Below, piece by piece: positions 39,218 through 53,083 of a stretch of 64,000 nt of DNA. The stretch covers positions 38,666,788-38,730,787 of the forward strand of contig CM120640.1 of the NCBI GenBank assembly GCA_051362555.1, written 5' to 3'. The position numbers and the translations under genes are program-made. Position 1 is the stretch's first letter. The number at the start of each line of letters is the position of its first letter. This DNA comes from Lingula anatina (taxonomy: Eukaryota; Animalia; Brachiopoda). The notes below the pieces were generated by a model. It saw nothing but the letters and a program-made list of their open reading frames with translations, was not told the DNA's origin and did not search any database.

Positions 39218-39430
39218 CTGGAAGATAGAAGCAGTGGATCATATTACTTATGCCAGGCAGAAGAAACGACTGAATGTATATTTTTATATTCAAAACGTCT
39301 ACTGATTTAGGTAATAATTAATAGCCTGGAAGATAGCAGCAGTGGATCATATTACTAATGCAAGGCAGAAGAAACGAGTGAATGTATATGTCTATATTCA
39401 AAACGTCTACTGATTTAGGTAATAATTAAC
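39218..39430. repeat. 2 x ~108-bp tandem duplication
   Basis: CTGGAAGATAG...GGTAATAATTAA repeated at 39218 and 39326. Confidence 0.85.
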
Positions 39431-42400
39431 AACTGACGTCTCCCTTCATGGCGTCGGGTTATCAGTACTCCCACACCAGTAACATGAGTTATGAGTTGAG
39501 CAGAAACAGAAAAAGATTTTTTATAAAGATAATGCAAGTATATGTGTAGGCCCATTTATCTATTTTTATATTACTAAACGTAAGAATTGTTTGTCCAAGT
39601 GAAACTTTACTTACATCAGCCTAGCAACTAAATCTGACGTTTAAACGTCTCCGAAAATAACTAGAATTTTTTGAATAACGCAATAATGCGGCCACCTTCG
39701 AGGTGTCGCCCGGTTTTTAAAAATTGAAAAAAGAAACTTTTCGGGGCGTCTTTTGTCGCGGGTCATTATTTTCAGTTGTTTGATGTTTTTTTGTAATATT
39801 TTAGCCATTGATAGAATCTATAATTCAGTTACATCCATGATTAGCTAGACGAAATGGTGACAGGGAAAAGTCAAATTTTTTAAAAAACGGCAAAAACTGC
39901 ATTCTCTTAGAAAGCAATTAGCAAACATTCATTACTGTGAAAAATTCAACCGAAGTTGAAGACAAAATGTGTCAAAAATAAACGTGCATGTCGTAATACC
40001 TATTTAAAGCAGTCTAATTTTTGTTAGTATTAAAAACGTGTAAATATTATCCACATAGGATATTTTTAAAGCCTTCGATATTTAAAATATTTAAACTTCC
40101 CATACTTTGAGGCATGCATGAGTCGGAAAATGTTTGCATAATTACATAAAAAACTAGAATTATCTCTTTATGTGACCACAGTTTACTCATGTGCTTTACA
40201 TCATTCCCTTAAACCCTTTCCCAATATCGATTTAAGATATTTTTGACACATTTTGTCTTCATCTGAATCACGTGAACGTTATCAAGTGTCATAAGGCGTA
40301 CATTACGAAAATATTTAGGTCTTGGAACGTGATTTGATGACTTTTTTAAATGCATATATATACAATTATAAATTCATAATTAAGTTATTTAATATCAAAT
40401 TATAAGTTCTGACCGAGTTTTAAAATTTATTTTAGGAGGGGTAAAAAACCCCAACCCCATCTAATATATATTGGATACATCCGTAGGCTTATGTCCTTAG
40501 AACTAGGCGTACAAAATGCGTCTTCTAGCTAAAGTTATTATTATGGTGTATGTGTAATTAAAAAAAAAACTACGTAAGAGTGACAATAGGTCATGTGTTT
40601 CGAATGCACCCCCACTCTCCGATCAGACATTACTTTTGTATAATTCACAGTCCATCTTCGTTGTAGTTTGTGACTTTACGTCATTTCTTAGTGAAGCGGT
40701 GTTGTCCTCAATTTACCTTAAATGTCCAAATTACTAAGAAGAAACCACTTGCAAGAATTATAAGGCTTTTTATACTGCTAGGTCTATAGACGTGATACAC
40801 ACGATATTTTGCAACCCCACAAAATCTGTTTCTTAAAATTTTGGTTCCACCACAAAGCTTAGCACTATCATTCTTTTTTGCTTTATTGATATATTTTCAG
40901 TACATAAATAACCATTGTCTGTTGCCCAATTTTGCACAAAATTAAGATAATCCCCAAAACCTCATTAATTGTGTTTCCTCCATCCCAAAAAATATTAAAA
41001 ATTTCTCCTCATAATTTAGTAGTGCACTGGCATCTACACAGTACATAAATGTATCATTATAATAACATCTTGTTCTTACTGATAACATAATTAGCTTAAT
41101 TCCATAACAATTTTAAAATGTTAATAACAATGAAAATTCAAAGTAGATGGCAAGATTCTTATTGTGCTGATAAAGATAAAATATGTTAATTCAATACTGA
41201 TTAGGTACTGTATACTGGCTCATTGAAAAAAGGGAACCGTTTCACAAAAAAATCTGGATAGCCAACTATACAAAGTCAACTTTGCGATATTGTCTTACAA
41301 CTACAATTTTTTAAGAATGATTGGTCCACAGTTGATGAGTAGAATATACATAAATGGGCTACTGGCACCACTGCAAGTAAAAGACTTGCCAAGACAATCA
41401 AAATGTAAATCAAAGGAAAGTGAAAAGAAAGTAAAAAGACTGGAAAAAATGAGGCAAAATTGATAACTTGGTTAATGAGTGAACAATACTCTAGTTTTGA
41501 TTAAATCAGAACTTTTCTTGCACCTTTTCTTGGGGAATAGGGGATTGGTGTAGTGAAAGCCCAACCTTAACCTTTGGATGCTATTCTCATTAAACATATG
41601 CATAAAAGACAAAATTTAGACCACAAATAGATTCATGCAATCTACCAACCTTTTTTACAGTGAGTCATTGCAACTTATCAGTTAATTCTGGCCTAGGCTA
41701 TCTGTAAGATTCTTACAACTGTGAAGTGCAACTTAGCCAGCTAAGTCTTTATAGGCTCAGATTTTAGACTACAAACCAGCTTCAAACATTTAGTAAAGCA
41801 AGTGCAAGGAATAGTTAGTTTGAAGGCTCTGCCTCCCCATAGGGTGAGAACAAACACAGTCACACTGTATGATACATTACAGAAAACATTGGTTAAAAAT
41901 ATACTCTGGAATTTTACATTTTCACTAGTATAGAATCAATTTGATTTCTAAAACTGACTTATTATAAAAATACTCCTGTCAATTTAAAACTTTTTCATAA
42001 AGCATATCTGAAATACACTGATAAAATGTTATTAAAAATATTAAAATTTGATATTCACAGATAAAATAGGCTCAAGTCAAAATGATTAAGACAATTATTG
42101 AAGCATTATTCAAACCCCAATTTTGATTATTTTCATACAATTAGTGATTCACAAGTTCTTTAACAGAGTTGTACCTAATCTGACTACATGATATCTATCA
42201 AAATCTCTCTAAAATCAAGTGACAAAAAATGCCCACAGTTTCAAGCACCATAAAATATGGCTTAAGTAAGTAATATCCTCAATTGTTTCATAATAAACAT
42301 CATGTCACTTGAATGTACCATTCTCCAGAAAAAAAGATGAACTTGCAAGGTTTGATAAGTCTGCGTTTACAGGTAGATGTCATAATTTAATATACATGAG

Positions 42401-42577
42401 GCAGCTTTATATCGTGGTCAACAATATTATATTATATCAGTTTCTCTAGCCTCCATGTCTTATTCGTCATAATATTTTGATTTTCAAATTCAGGGTCCCC
42501 TAGTAAAAGATCTTGCATTTCCTCTTGATCACAGAAGAATCTGAGTTGAGAATACAGTTGAGAATACAGAGTTAAAA

Positions 42578-42683
42578 TTAGGCCTCTCCTCTCCACTTGG
42601 GGTCCTCTTGCAACTGAACCTGGCTGACATCCATGGTTACATCTTGAAAAATAATATATTCCCAAAAAAGTTTAAATGGTGCA

Positions 42684-42724
<41 letters not shown>

Positions 42725-45700
42725 TAAAATCAATAAATCTTGGACACATTACTTGTCCTACGTCTGAATAACATGACAGACAAGAAGAAAATAGTTGCTC
42801 TTGAAAATGGACTTTAAGTAATGAAAATGCAAGATGACAGCTAGTAGATAGTACATGTGCATGCAATTTATTTGAAATTCTGACTTTTCAGTCCTAATGA
42901 TTTAGATTATTTATAGCCAATAATCTGAGAAAATAAAATATTCAACAGAGAAATTGATTGCAATAAATCCTGCTCGTACCTGACTGCTTAATATTCACTG
43001 CAGCAAACCTCTCTACGACATCGTCGAGCTGATCAGTAGGGTCATCGTAATCACATCCTGTGTACGCTTTTTTCTCGAGGCAGTACTTAAGGAAACTACA
43101 CCAAAGAGAAGTTGAAAATAAAGAAAGAATTGCCTACTTTCTTTTGTCTTTCTGTATGGACTTTCATTCACAATAAAAGAAAGAATTGCCTAGTAGACAC
43201 TATTTTGTCTGTCAGTTTGGAGTTTAATTTACATGTTTTTTAACTTTCCTTTTTTTTCTTTTTTTTTTTTTTTTCATTTAACAGTCTGTCTGAACTAAAA
43301 CATGATAGCTTTCTCTTTTTAATCTTTCTATCCTCTGTTTTTTTTTTTTTTTTGTCAGTCTGTCTGAACAAACATTAAAAATTTAATTTATGAACTTTAT
43401 TAAATCCTTAACATTTCTTTTTTTGTTGGTTTGTCTGTCTGTCTGAACAAGAGTTCTTAGAAACAATGAGATTAAATAAAGATTAAATAAAGGAAAAAAA
43501 TTTTGAACCTAACATGGCTGATTTGTGTTTGGTTTGAAAAAGTCTTATAATTTGATTGAACTTTTTTTGCTTACTGATCAAATAAATTAAAATAATTCAC
43601 TTCACCTGTTCCAATGTTCATCTTGCGAAAGAAGAAACGGATTCCCTACAACAATCAATAGGGCCTTTGCTCTTGTGATCGACACATTAAACCTCTGAAA
43701 AAAAAATTAATCCCACATGTAACTGTATGTGCAGGTGAACACTGAAGACAGTATAGTCTGAGACTAACTGTTCATATCTCTTCTGTGAATTCCGCATCAC
43801 ATGGCATAGTCTCTGCAGTGCCATAGTGGAAAGAAATGGTGATGAAAATAGTATGGACTATAGCTGTTTAAATAACCTTACACTTCAAAATATGTGTGTG
43901 CACATCCACATGTACAAAGTCTTATGAATTATGTGTTCATGCATGTACACATGCCACAGCACAATCATGGTAATGACACTATCTTTTCAATGGGCAAAAA
44001 TGATCAAACTTTCAAATGTATACCTTTATAAACACATAAAGTATATAGTATTAGTGGTACTCTTACTGCACAGATTAGAACTATAGAGTAGCTTACTTTT
44101 TTATTCTGTTGTGACCATCCAATAGGAATTGGGTAGGAGTATCAAAATTTTAAAAATTAATGGCCTAAAAAATACCGCATCTGTAAAATTCACGATTTCC
44201 CCCCCACTGAAAAAAATCAAGTTATTACCATATGCTGAGGTGGCACTAGCAATTTTTCTAAAGCCAAATTACTACTTTTTAATCACTTTTTTCTCCAAAA
44301 TGGTTTAAATTTGACTAAAATAAGTCAAATCAACCCTATTTTGTTTAGCCAATTGAAGTCAGTTTTAGCATTTGGCTTAATTGGGCAGTGTTAACTCTAC
44401 CCCAGTTTGTGTGTCCACATGCATAAGTGTACAAATGACTGACCTTTGGGTTCTTTAAAAAGCCCAGCTTGAACTCTGCGTCCAGAGCCAGGTAATCGGG
44501 GTTACTCCTCACGGTGGACACCATGATGACCCGTCTCTCCTGACCCTGAAATTCCTCCACACTGCCCACCTTTATGTCCCGAAAGTTTTTCTTGAACAGC
44601 AGTTGCCTCAGTTTTTGAACCTGTGGAGAGAATAAAAAGGGATGTCTGTGCATTTACAGGCCCGTAACCAGCAATTTCAAAAGGGGGGTTCTTTTTCTGA
44701 AAAAGTGGACCTTTTTCCATAAAAACTTCATGTACCTAGATCAAATTTTACCTACAGTGGACCTTTTCCCAGCAAAAGTGGCAGTTCTTTAAAAACCCCG
44801 AACCCCCCCTGGCTACGCGCCTGATTTAATACTCATCCGTTACATTCAGCATTTACTTTATCTTTATCTTATTTTACTAGTAGTTAGCCATAACTCTGAA
44901 CAGGCTGCATATTGTTAGTACATTACATTATAACCAAGCTCAGGTGGATTAGTAATTGAATTTGCCATGTGAAATGGGAGTGAGCAAATTCACCACAATT
45001 TTAATTTTAATTTTTAAAATTTTTCTTTATACTTTATCACATGTACACTTCTGTAGTTAAAGTAGGACTTTTTATAAGCCTAACAGTACCATATCTATAA
45101 CATACTATTAACTCAGATGTATTGTGGCTGTACTTTAAGGTAAATGGAATGTTGGACCTTTAAAGAATGTTGACTACTGGCTCTTTAGAGCTACGCCACA
45201 TTCTTAGAATCTATTGCCCTAACTCAGCAAAAAGGCCCAGTTAATAATTGTAAACAAATTTGCAAAGTTTTACTAGGCAGCTTCAATTAATTGGCATTTG
45301 GCGTGAAGCCCGATTTGATATTGCAAACTGTTGTTAGTAACTTGAAAAGGGAGAGGGACTGGGGAGGGGTTGCCTGTATTCATCATGGAATAAGCTCTGT
45401 CATATTTCCCTCACTTGTTTTCTGTAGGGGGAAATAATTCCAATTTCATTCTGCAAGACTCGGATGCCTCTGGCCTCCAGTAGCTTCTCCACATATCCCA
45501 ACACAATAGTTGCTTCTTCTGGATTGAAGAATGATGGACTCCTTTCCTCCCTCATGTCCTCCCCAACCACTCCATGGAATACAAAGGGACACCCCATTTT
45601 TGGTAAACCTTCCCAGTTGCAGAGGGACTCCCTGGCAAGTCGGTCAGCACAGGCTTCTAGCTTGTTGTCGTAGAACTGTTCGTTTGGAAGCTTGAGGATA

Positions 45701-45869
45701 GCAGGATGTGATCTGTAGTTTTTGAGGAGTTTTGTAAGGAAGAATGGGTTGTAATGGCCTTGACGTTGGTACAGTACATCTTGATCGTCGTCACCTGAGC
45801 CAGGACTCGAACCACCCCTCTTCTTGTACACATCACAGTAGGTCATGTATCTTTCTAAGAGTGAGAGTC
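42578..45869 (-). CDS. MOV10: MOV10-type UPF1-like SF1 RNA helicase, C-terminal five exons only
   Basis: Exons 45415-45869 (SLLERYM, KLLKNYRSHP, SPSFFNPEEA, IGIISPYRKQ), 44444-44620 (KVGSVEEFQGQE, STVRS, GFLKNPK), 43606-43694 (RFNVSITRAKALLIVVGNP), 42980-43095, 42578-42642 (QLQEDPKWRGEA*). Frames and splice sites are intact. Confidence 0.9.
42685..42723. repeat. (TAA)n microsatellite
   Basis: ~13 TAA units. Confidence 0.95.
44657..44823. mobile_element. MITE with 5-bp TSD in a MOV10 intron
   Basis: TIRs CAGGCCCGTAACCAG / CTGGCTACGCGCCTG and TSD ATTTA on both sides; termini related to the MITE at 25810. Confidence 0.8.
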
Positions 45870-46607
45870 CTGTAAGACATTAAAATGATGAGACATTTCA
45901 TATACATGTATAAATATATAAATGAAGTTATTCTTTATCAAAGAAACTAAATAACTATGAGGTTCAAAAGGTTTAATTTCACCATTATATGTACAAAAGA
46001 GATGAAAGAGACATTTTGTCAATGCTTAAGTACAAAATCTCTACTACCACATGTAAAAGTATTTCAGTGTTTGCAATTTTACCAGAGCTTACAGAACTAC
46101 CAAAAAAAAACTGATCCTTGTCAAAACCTAGTCCTAGTCAAAAGAAAGATTTTCTTTTGTCAAATTTAAAATTATTGAAGGAATAATTCTGGGCACATCC
46201 ATAGCAGTAAAAATGTTTCATTAATTGCATTACCTTTTATTTTACTTAAATCTTAGAAGCAGAAATCACTGGTCAATAAAAAGCTTTAAGAATAAGTCCT
46301 ACATGTATATGATTTTACCAGACTCTCAAACACCTTTGTAAATATTATAGTTAATCATAGTACTTTTGTCCACAATTTTCAACTTCACTTTTCTTTTAGT
46401 CATAGTCTTATTTCATTTTTATTTAAGCCCGAGGTAGTAATGTAACTTCCCCTTTTAATGCATTTCATAACACATACACTCACACACACTGGCAGATTAA
46501 AACTTTACTATTACTCATATTATCATTTTTATTATAATGGCTGTTGGGGGCATATTATTATAATTAAATATATTAAAAACTATTATAATTATAATTATAT
46601 ATATTAA

Positions 46608-49600
46608 AAACTTATTTGCAATATAAAACAAAATTTACCTGCATAATTATCACTGCTTCCTTATTATTAATCCAGCAGAGAGCTTAACCTTTGGGAGTTT
46701 ACAGGGAAATATCAACAAGTGTGCTTTATGTAATCTCATTTAATGGCCTATTAATTAGGCAAATGACTTTATAACTTTATAACTTAGCCTAGTGAGACCC
46801 AAGGGAAATTTACAGACTGACCCTCTCAAAGGTCTTCAGGCCCATAAGTCACACCCTTAAGAAATGCACAAAACAATAATGCACAAAATAGGAGACTATC
46901 AATTCTGATACAATAATACATTATGTTTAACTGCACAGTCAACATCAAATGTTTTAAAATTATGCACAACAGGTAACACCGACGAAAGTAAAAGCATAAG
47001 GCTTCAGGCCCATCAGAGTTCAAGTTTATACTTAGAAAGTGCCAAAATGAGAAAAATGAAAATTTCACAAAAAAAATGCATAAATTTAATAAAAGTGATA
47101 ATCTAATAGAGCTGGTTTTTTAATATGAGCTGTATGTCAATCCTAAGAATCATTCTTGTAAGACTAGTTGAAAAATTAGAAAGTAACAGTTTTCTTTCTA
47201 TAACGTTACGGTGGCAGTGTACAAAAGAGGTTTTTTGTCAATTTTGATGCAACATTACATAATGATTAACTGTATAAATACCACCAATTTTAAAATATCT
47301 ACTATTAAAAACATGGACATTAAAAAAAGGTGATTACCACTGGGCTTCATGCCCAAGGGAGCTCTAAGTCCCACATTGAAAATTCCAGTATGTGAAAGAT
47401 AAAAATTTTCACAAAAAACCTCTATAACTTCCAGAAAATTAACTAATGAGACAGATTTTCCAACTGAAGCTGTATTTCAGTCCTGTGTTTCTTTCCTTTA
47501 AGTGTAAAAAGAGCAAGTGACATGGTTTTCCTTTCACGGTCACTAAGGAGGCAGTGCCTAAAATAGGGTTTTGTTCAATTTTGATGCAATATTACATAAT
47601 GCTTGACAGCATAATAACCATCAGTTTTTTAATGATAAAATAAAACTATCATGGGTATTCACAAAATGTGTCTAGCCCATAGAGTTCAGAAACACTTTGA
47701 AAATCCCAAAATCTAAACAAGAGAAACTGTATTAAAAAGAGTTTATTTCCATTTTCAATACCTTTTTTACATGAAAAAAAATAATCGATTTACTGTCATT
47801 TTTATATGATCAATTAAAATATGTTGTCAAAGGAAAAATATCAAAAGAACAAATTTAAATGTCCAACTTGCTCCATTCTGAGATTCTTAACTTAGTGAAT
47901 GATTGAATCTGACGAACTTCAATGATATGAGTTCCCTTCCATTTTTGATACTTTATTACACAATGCACAATAAAAGGTGTACTGTCATTTTTATATAATC
48001 AACTAACAATATTTTTAAGAAGCAGAAAATGTCAAAACAACACTTTTACATATCTAATTTGTTCCATATTGAGACTGTTAACATGCCTAAGAATTAAATC
48101 TGAAGAAAAGCCACTTATATGCAAAAAGGCTAATAACTTCATCAAAACTTAACTGATCAAGCTTATTTTCAAACTTGATCTGTATATTAGTCAGACTGAT
48201 CACTCCTGTAAGTTTCAAGACAAAAGGCTGATTGGTTTTCCTTAAAATGTGTTATCAGTGTTGCATATATGCTGAATAATGAAAAATAAAACAGCGTAAC
48301 TTTAAATTTGTAAAAATAGTCCAATCAAGCCAATTTTCGAACTTGACCTGTGTATTATGAATGTTCATCAGTTCTGTAAGTTTCAAGCCAAAAGGTAAAA
48401 TGGTTTTCCACTTATCGTGTTATCAGTGCTGCATATTTGCTGAGAAAATGCAGAAAATGGTTCATTTTGTTAATTTTGATGCAATAATAAATCATGCCTA
48501 CAATAGCACTGTCAATCAACACTGAATTTTAATCATGCACAACAGGTGACATTGTCAATAACAGGAGCGGATCCAGAGATATTTTCTGACAGTATTCTAA
48601 ATTATCTTTGTTGATCCATCCTACATTTTTGATGGTCTTCCAACAGAAAAAAAACAGATACCCATCAATATGAACTTTAAAATCTGAAAGACCCAGAAGA
48701 CGGCCTCAATCCACCCCTGCAATAAGATTACAGTTTCAGGACCAAATTCACATAATGAAAATCCCAATATTTGAATAATGATGACAATGCATAAAATAAT
48801 ATTACATAATGTTTAAAGACATAAAAACCAATGCAACTGTTTATGTGGAAATACAGAGAATGTGAAGAGCTTCAGGTGGATGGGAGCTGAAAATGCCAGT
48901 GTTTGAAAAATAAATTAAAAAGAAAGCACAACAAAAATATCCCATTAAAGCTGCTATTCAAACTTTTAATCTTGCTGTAATAACATGATATGAATAACCC
49001 CAATGTGTTTGAGGATAATAAGGCACTGTTATTCAAATTTTTTTTTCTTTTGTTAACTTATTTGCAATATTAAACAACATTTACCTGCATAATTATCACA
49101 GATTCCTAATTATGTGACACAGGTAAGAGAGCTTAACCTATGGGACTTTACTGGGAAATCTCACCATGTGTTTTATGTAATCTTATTTAATGGGCACTTG
49201 GAAATTAATTAGGCAAATGATTTTATAGCTCTGAACTTAGCTTGTGACTACCCCAAGGGACAATTACCACCATCCATAAACAGTAGCCCCATATAGCACT
49301 CTATAGAGCTGCACTGCTTCCAGAACAGAAAACAATCACTCTGATTTTCCAACACAAACTGCACGTCAGTCTTACAAAACTTTTCAGTAAGTTTGAGTAT
49401 CATAAGTAACATGGTTTTTCCTTAATGGTCATTCCGGCAGCCATTTCCAAAATAGGGTTTTCTTCAACTTTTATGCAATATAACATAATGACCATCAATT
49501 TTTAATAATAAAATAAAGGTATCATGGATATACAGAAAATGTGACATGGAAAGGTCTTCAAGGCCATGGAAGTTCAGAGTCACACTTTCAAAATGCCAAA

Positions 49601-50702
49601 ATGTACCTGTATACAAGAGATAACTGTATTGAATTGATTTTCTTCCATTTTCAACACCTTTTTTTCATATAACAAAGTAATCAATTTACTGTCATTTTTA
49701 AATGAACAACTGAGAAAATTGTTGACATAGGATATCAATAGAACAATTTTAAATGTCCAGTTTGCTCCATTCTGAGATTCTGAACATGGTGAATGATTGA
49801 ATCTGACAAACTGTAAAGATATGAGTTTATTATTATTTCCATTTTTTGACACTTTATTACACAATTACAGGTTTACCATCTTTTTTATATGATCAACTAA
49901 CAATATTGTTAAGATGCAGAAAATGTCAAAAGAACACCTTTACATATCTAATTAGTTCACAGATGAGATTGTTAACATGCCTAAGAATTAAATCAAAGGA
50001 AAAAAACACTTATATACAAAAAAGGCATAACTTCACCAGAACTGAACCAATGGAGCTTATTTTCGAACTCCATCTGTATTTCAGTAAGACTGATCACCCC
50101 TGTAAATTTCAAGACAATTGGCCAATTGATTTTCCTTGAAATGCGTTATCGGCATTGCATACATGCTAAAAAAAGTGAAAAAACAGCATAACTTCCATAA
50201 AATTAGTCCAATCACGCTGATTTTCAAACTTGACCTGTGTATTATGAATAGTCATCAGTTCTGTAAGTTTCAAGCCAAAAGGTAAAACGGTTTTTCACTT
50301 ATCGTGTTATCAGTGTTGCATATATGCTTAAAAAAATGAAAAAAGAGCATAACTTCCATAAAAATGGCCCAATCATGCTGATTTTCGAACTTGACCTGCG
50401 TATTATGTATATTCATTAGTTCCATAAGTTTCAAGCCAAAAGGTAAAACGGTTTTTCACTTATCGTATTATCGTTGTTGCATATATGCTGAAAAAAGTGA
50501 AAAAACAGCATAACTTCCATACAGATGGCCATATCATGCTGATTTTTGAACTTCACCTGCATATTATGAAAGCTCATCAGTTCTGTAAGTTTCAAGCCAA
50601 AAGGTAAAACGGTTTTTCACTTATCATGTTATCGGTGGTCAAAGTGCACGGCAACGACGACAGACGCAGGTGATGTACATAACCTGTGTCTGTACATAAA
50701 AA
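46608..50702 (-). mobile_element. HINE family copy 3 (composite/rearranged, ~4 kb)
   Basis: Blocks homologous to copies 1, 2 and 4; ~160-bp units at ~50020-50640; ends in TGTACATAACCTGTGTCTGTACATAAAAA. Confidence 0.75.
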
Positions 50703-50858
50703 GGGACAAATTTTCAAACTGTTTTCTCAACTTGATACCTTTGTAAGTGTAAATATATGTCATAAAGTACTTGTCAAACTCCTGGATAAACCAGTTATAT
50801 TATTATAATCTTGACATGTCCCTTTCTTTTCTTATCAGACATAACACAATGTAACTGA

Positions 50859-51016
50859 GGGGCCGTAGCGATAGTCCGAAGGTTCAATAGTCCGAAGGTT
50901 CATTGGTCCGAAGGTTCACTACAGAACCTTCGGACCAATGAACCCTTGATTAAAAAATCGATAAAAATGTTACCACTTTTCGGACCAATGAACCTTCGGA
51001 CTATCGAGAAGCCCCC
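50859..51016. mobile_element. Foldback-type MITE with 15-bp subterminal repeats
   Basis: GTCCGAAGGTTCA repeats inverted as GAACCTTCGGAC; GGGGC...GCCCC ends; flanks GTAACTGA / ATAACTGA (imperfect 8-bp TSD). Confidence 0.7.
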
Positions 51017-51476
51017 ATAACTGATTGAAGTAGTATTTCATATCATATTAACACATTTTTATATTATACAATAAAGACAAGTTAAAGGGTATGAAAATAT
51101 AAAACAATCAAGAAAGGAAAATTTGCTTGTTTACAAACTTGAAACTTTCAGCTTAGAACCTTTATTGCTATAGACTGGTTTTTCAAAATGTAACAAAAGA
51201 GTCAGATACACTTCCTTGTATTAGAAATGTATTCAAATCATCTGCTGCACCACTAACAGAGCACAAAAACACTGCTCACATGCTATTTAACATATCATAC
51301 TAGTTGGCCAAATTGGCTTTAATCAGTCTCTGGTTATTTTAGAAGGAGATCCCAATCAGTCCAGATGGAATGAGTGATCTCAGTTGAACTGTTGACTTAT
51401 CTCAAATGAGCCAATAATGCCATCAGGTTGGGTAAAACCTAAATTCATGATTCTCACTTTTTCGTCAAATATCCTT

Positions 51477-52811
51477 TCAACCCCACTCTTCTTGTTCAAG
51501 GTTTATACTGCACCATACATGTGGAGGTGGAGGAAGTAATGAAGGAGGCAGATTTGTTACACCTAATAATGTTGGTGGTAGACTAAAAGCTAGCTGGGCC
51601 AGATTTGGTTTTAATTCTGTCCTTGGGGATTCTGGTTTCTTTGCCTTAGCCCTTTTTGCCAGCCAGTCTTCTATAGATGGAGGGTTTTCTTTTAATTTCC
51701 GTTTCTTTCTCACAGATTCAGCTTTTTCTTGCAATACTGAAATATGTCAAGCTCAATTTTATAAAAAAAATTCTAATTACTTAAAAGAAATCATTTTTAC
51801 ATTTTACTTAGAGATTTTATATCATTTAAACATAAAAAGCTTTCCTTTACATACATTTTAATGATTCATTTAAGGCTCGTCCTAATCATTATTAATCAAT
51901 TTCTATTTCTTTTATCTGAAATTTTAATTTTTCTGATATTTAAGTGACACAGTGTAGAAAAATAATAAAAAATATATATTTCTTAATGACCACCACAGGT
52001 TTCATGAAGGTATGTGCCTTCATTTATTATAATGGTTTATTATAATTATTACTTTGCTGCTCCAATTGCTTTTTCCTATCTTCAGTAAGGTGGGAGTACT
52101 TGCAGCCTTCCCCAAAAGGACATTCACCTGCATTAAAAAAAAAAGTGGTCATATATTGAGATATATTATGAAAGCACTCATTACATACTGTATAATTAAT
52201 TCTTCAAGCATCTTAAAAATGACGAAATCAATTTATGCTCATGATTTTTGCAAAATTTTCACTCTTTTTCAAACTGTTTGCATATATTTGGTGAAGACGT
52301 ATTTTTCAATTTTGCTTTTTATATTTTTCTTCTTTTAATAATGGCATACCACTTGTCATCATTGTTCTGCATGGCTTTTTCATTGATTCTTCAGCAAGGA
52401 GTGAACTGGGATCTACCCAAAACAAGGAAACAAATATTAATGACAAACATTGAAAGTTTTGTTATGTTTGAATGTAGATCAAGTCATCCAGCAAACAACA
52501 AGTCCATTGTGTCCTGCCAAAATATGTATTGTACCTTGCCAAAATAGCTTAGTCTCAGGTGTGTATTCTAAACTTACCGTCCCAAAAATGGACACTTTCA
52601 AGAAATCTACAAAAAATCAAAAGTACAGCAAGTGATACTGAGAGAGTTCAATATAGGCTTTCTTAGTAGATCTACAGTACCTACCTTTGAAAAAACTGTA
52701 ATGTAACTTTCTCATTCTTTGATGACTGACACCTTTCAAATGGTTCTTTCTATTGGTAGGATTATCGGCAAAAGATTTGTCACAAAAATCACAATAATAT
52801 CGTTTCCCCAT
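51477..52811 (-). CDS. ZMAT5: Zinc finger matrin-type protein 5 (U11/U12 snRNP 20K)
   Basis: Exons 52685-52811 (MGKRYYCDFCDKSF..RKNHLKG..H), 52350-52412 (KKPCR), 52053-52127 (GECPFGEGCKYSH, CCCH), 51477-51736 (IEDWLAKR..LPPSLLPPPP..EWG*). Confidence 0.94.
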
Positions 52812-53083
52812 TCTAGTAAAAAGGTGTCAAGAACACTCCTACTCGAAAGATGGCGCTGTACCTTTGAAGGTCTCGTGTACTACTACGCAAAGCGTCAGAC
52901 AAAAAGTAGTACTCATTGATACAATTTTTTACTCTCACACCAATATTTGGGTTTATTTAGCACACTGACGATAAGTCGTATGAAAATAAATTCTCTTCTG
53001 ATATTTTTATGTTCTGCCTTACATCTTAACTCTTTTTTCATATATTAAGTAGTCCGCACTGATTCCTAACACCAAACGGCAAG
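52812..53083. promoter_or_regulatory. Bidirectional promoter region ZMAT5/UQCR10
   Basis: 272 bp between divergent ATGs; YY1-like AAGATGGCG at ~52847. Confidence 0.7.
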
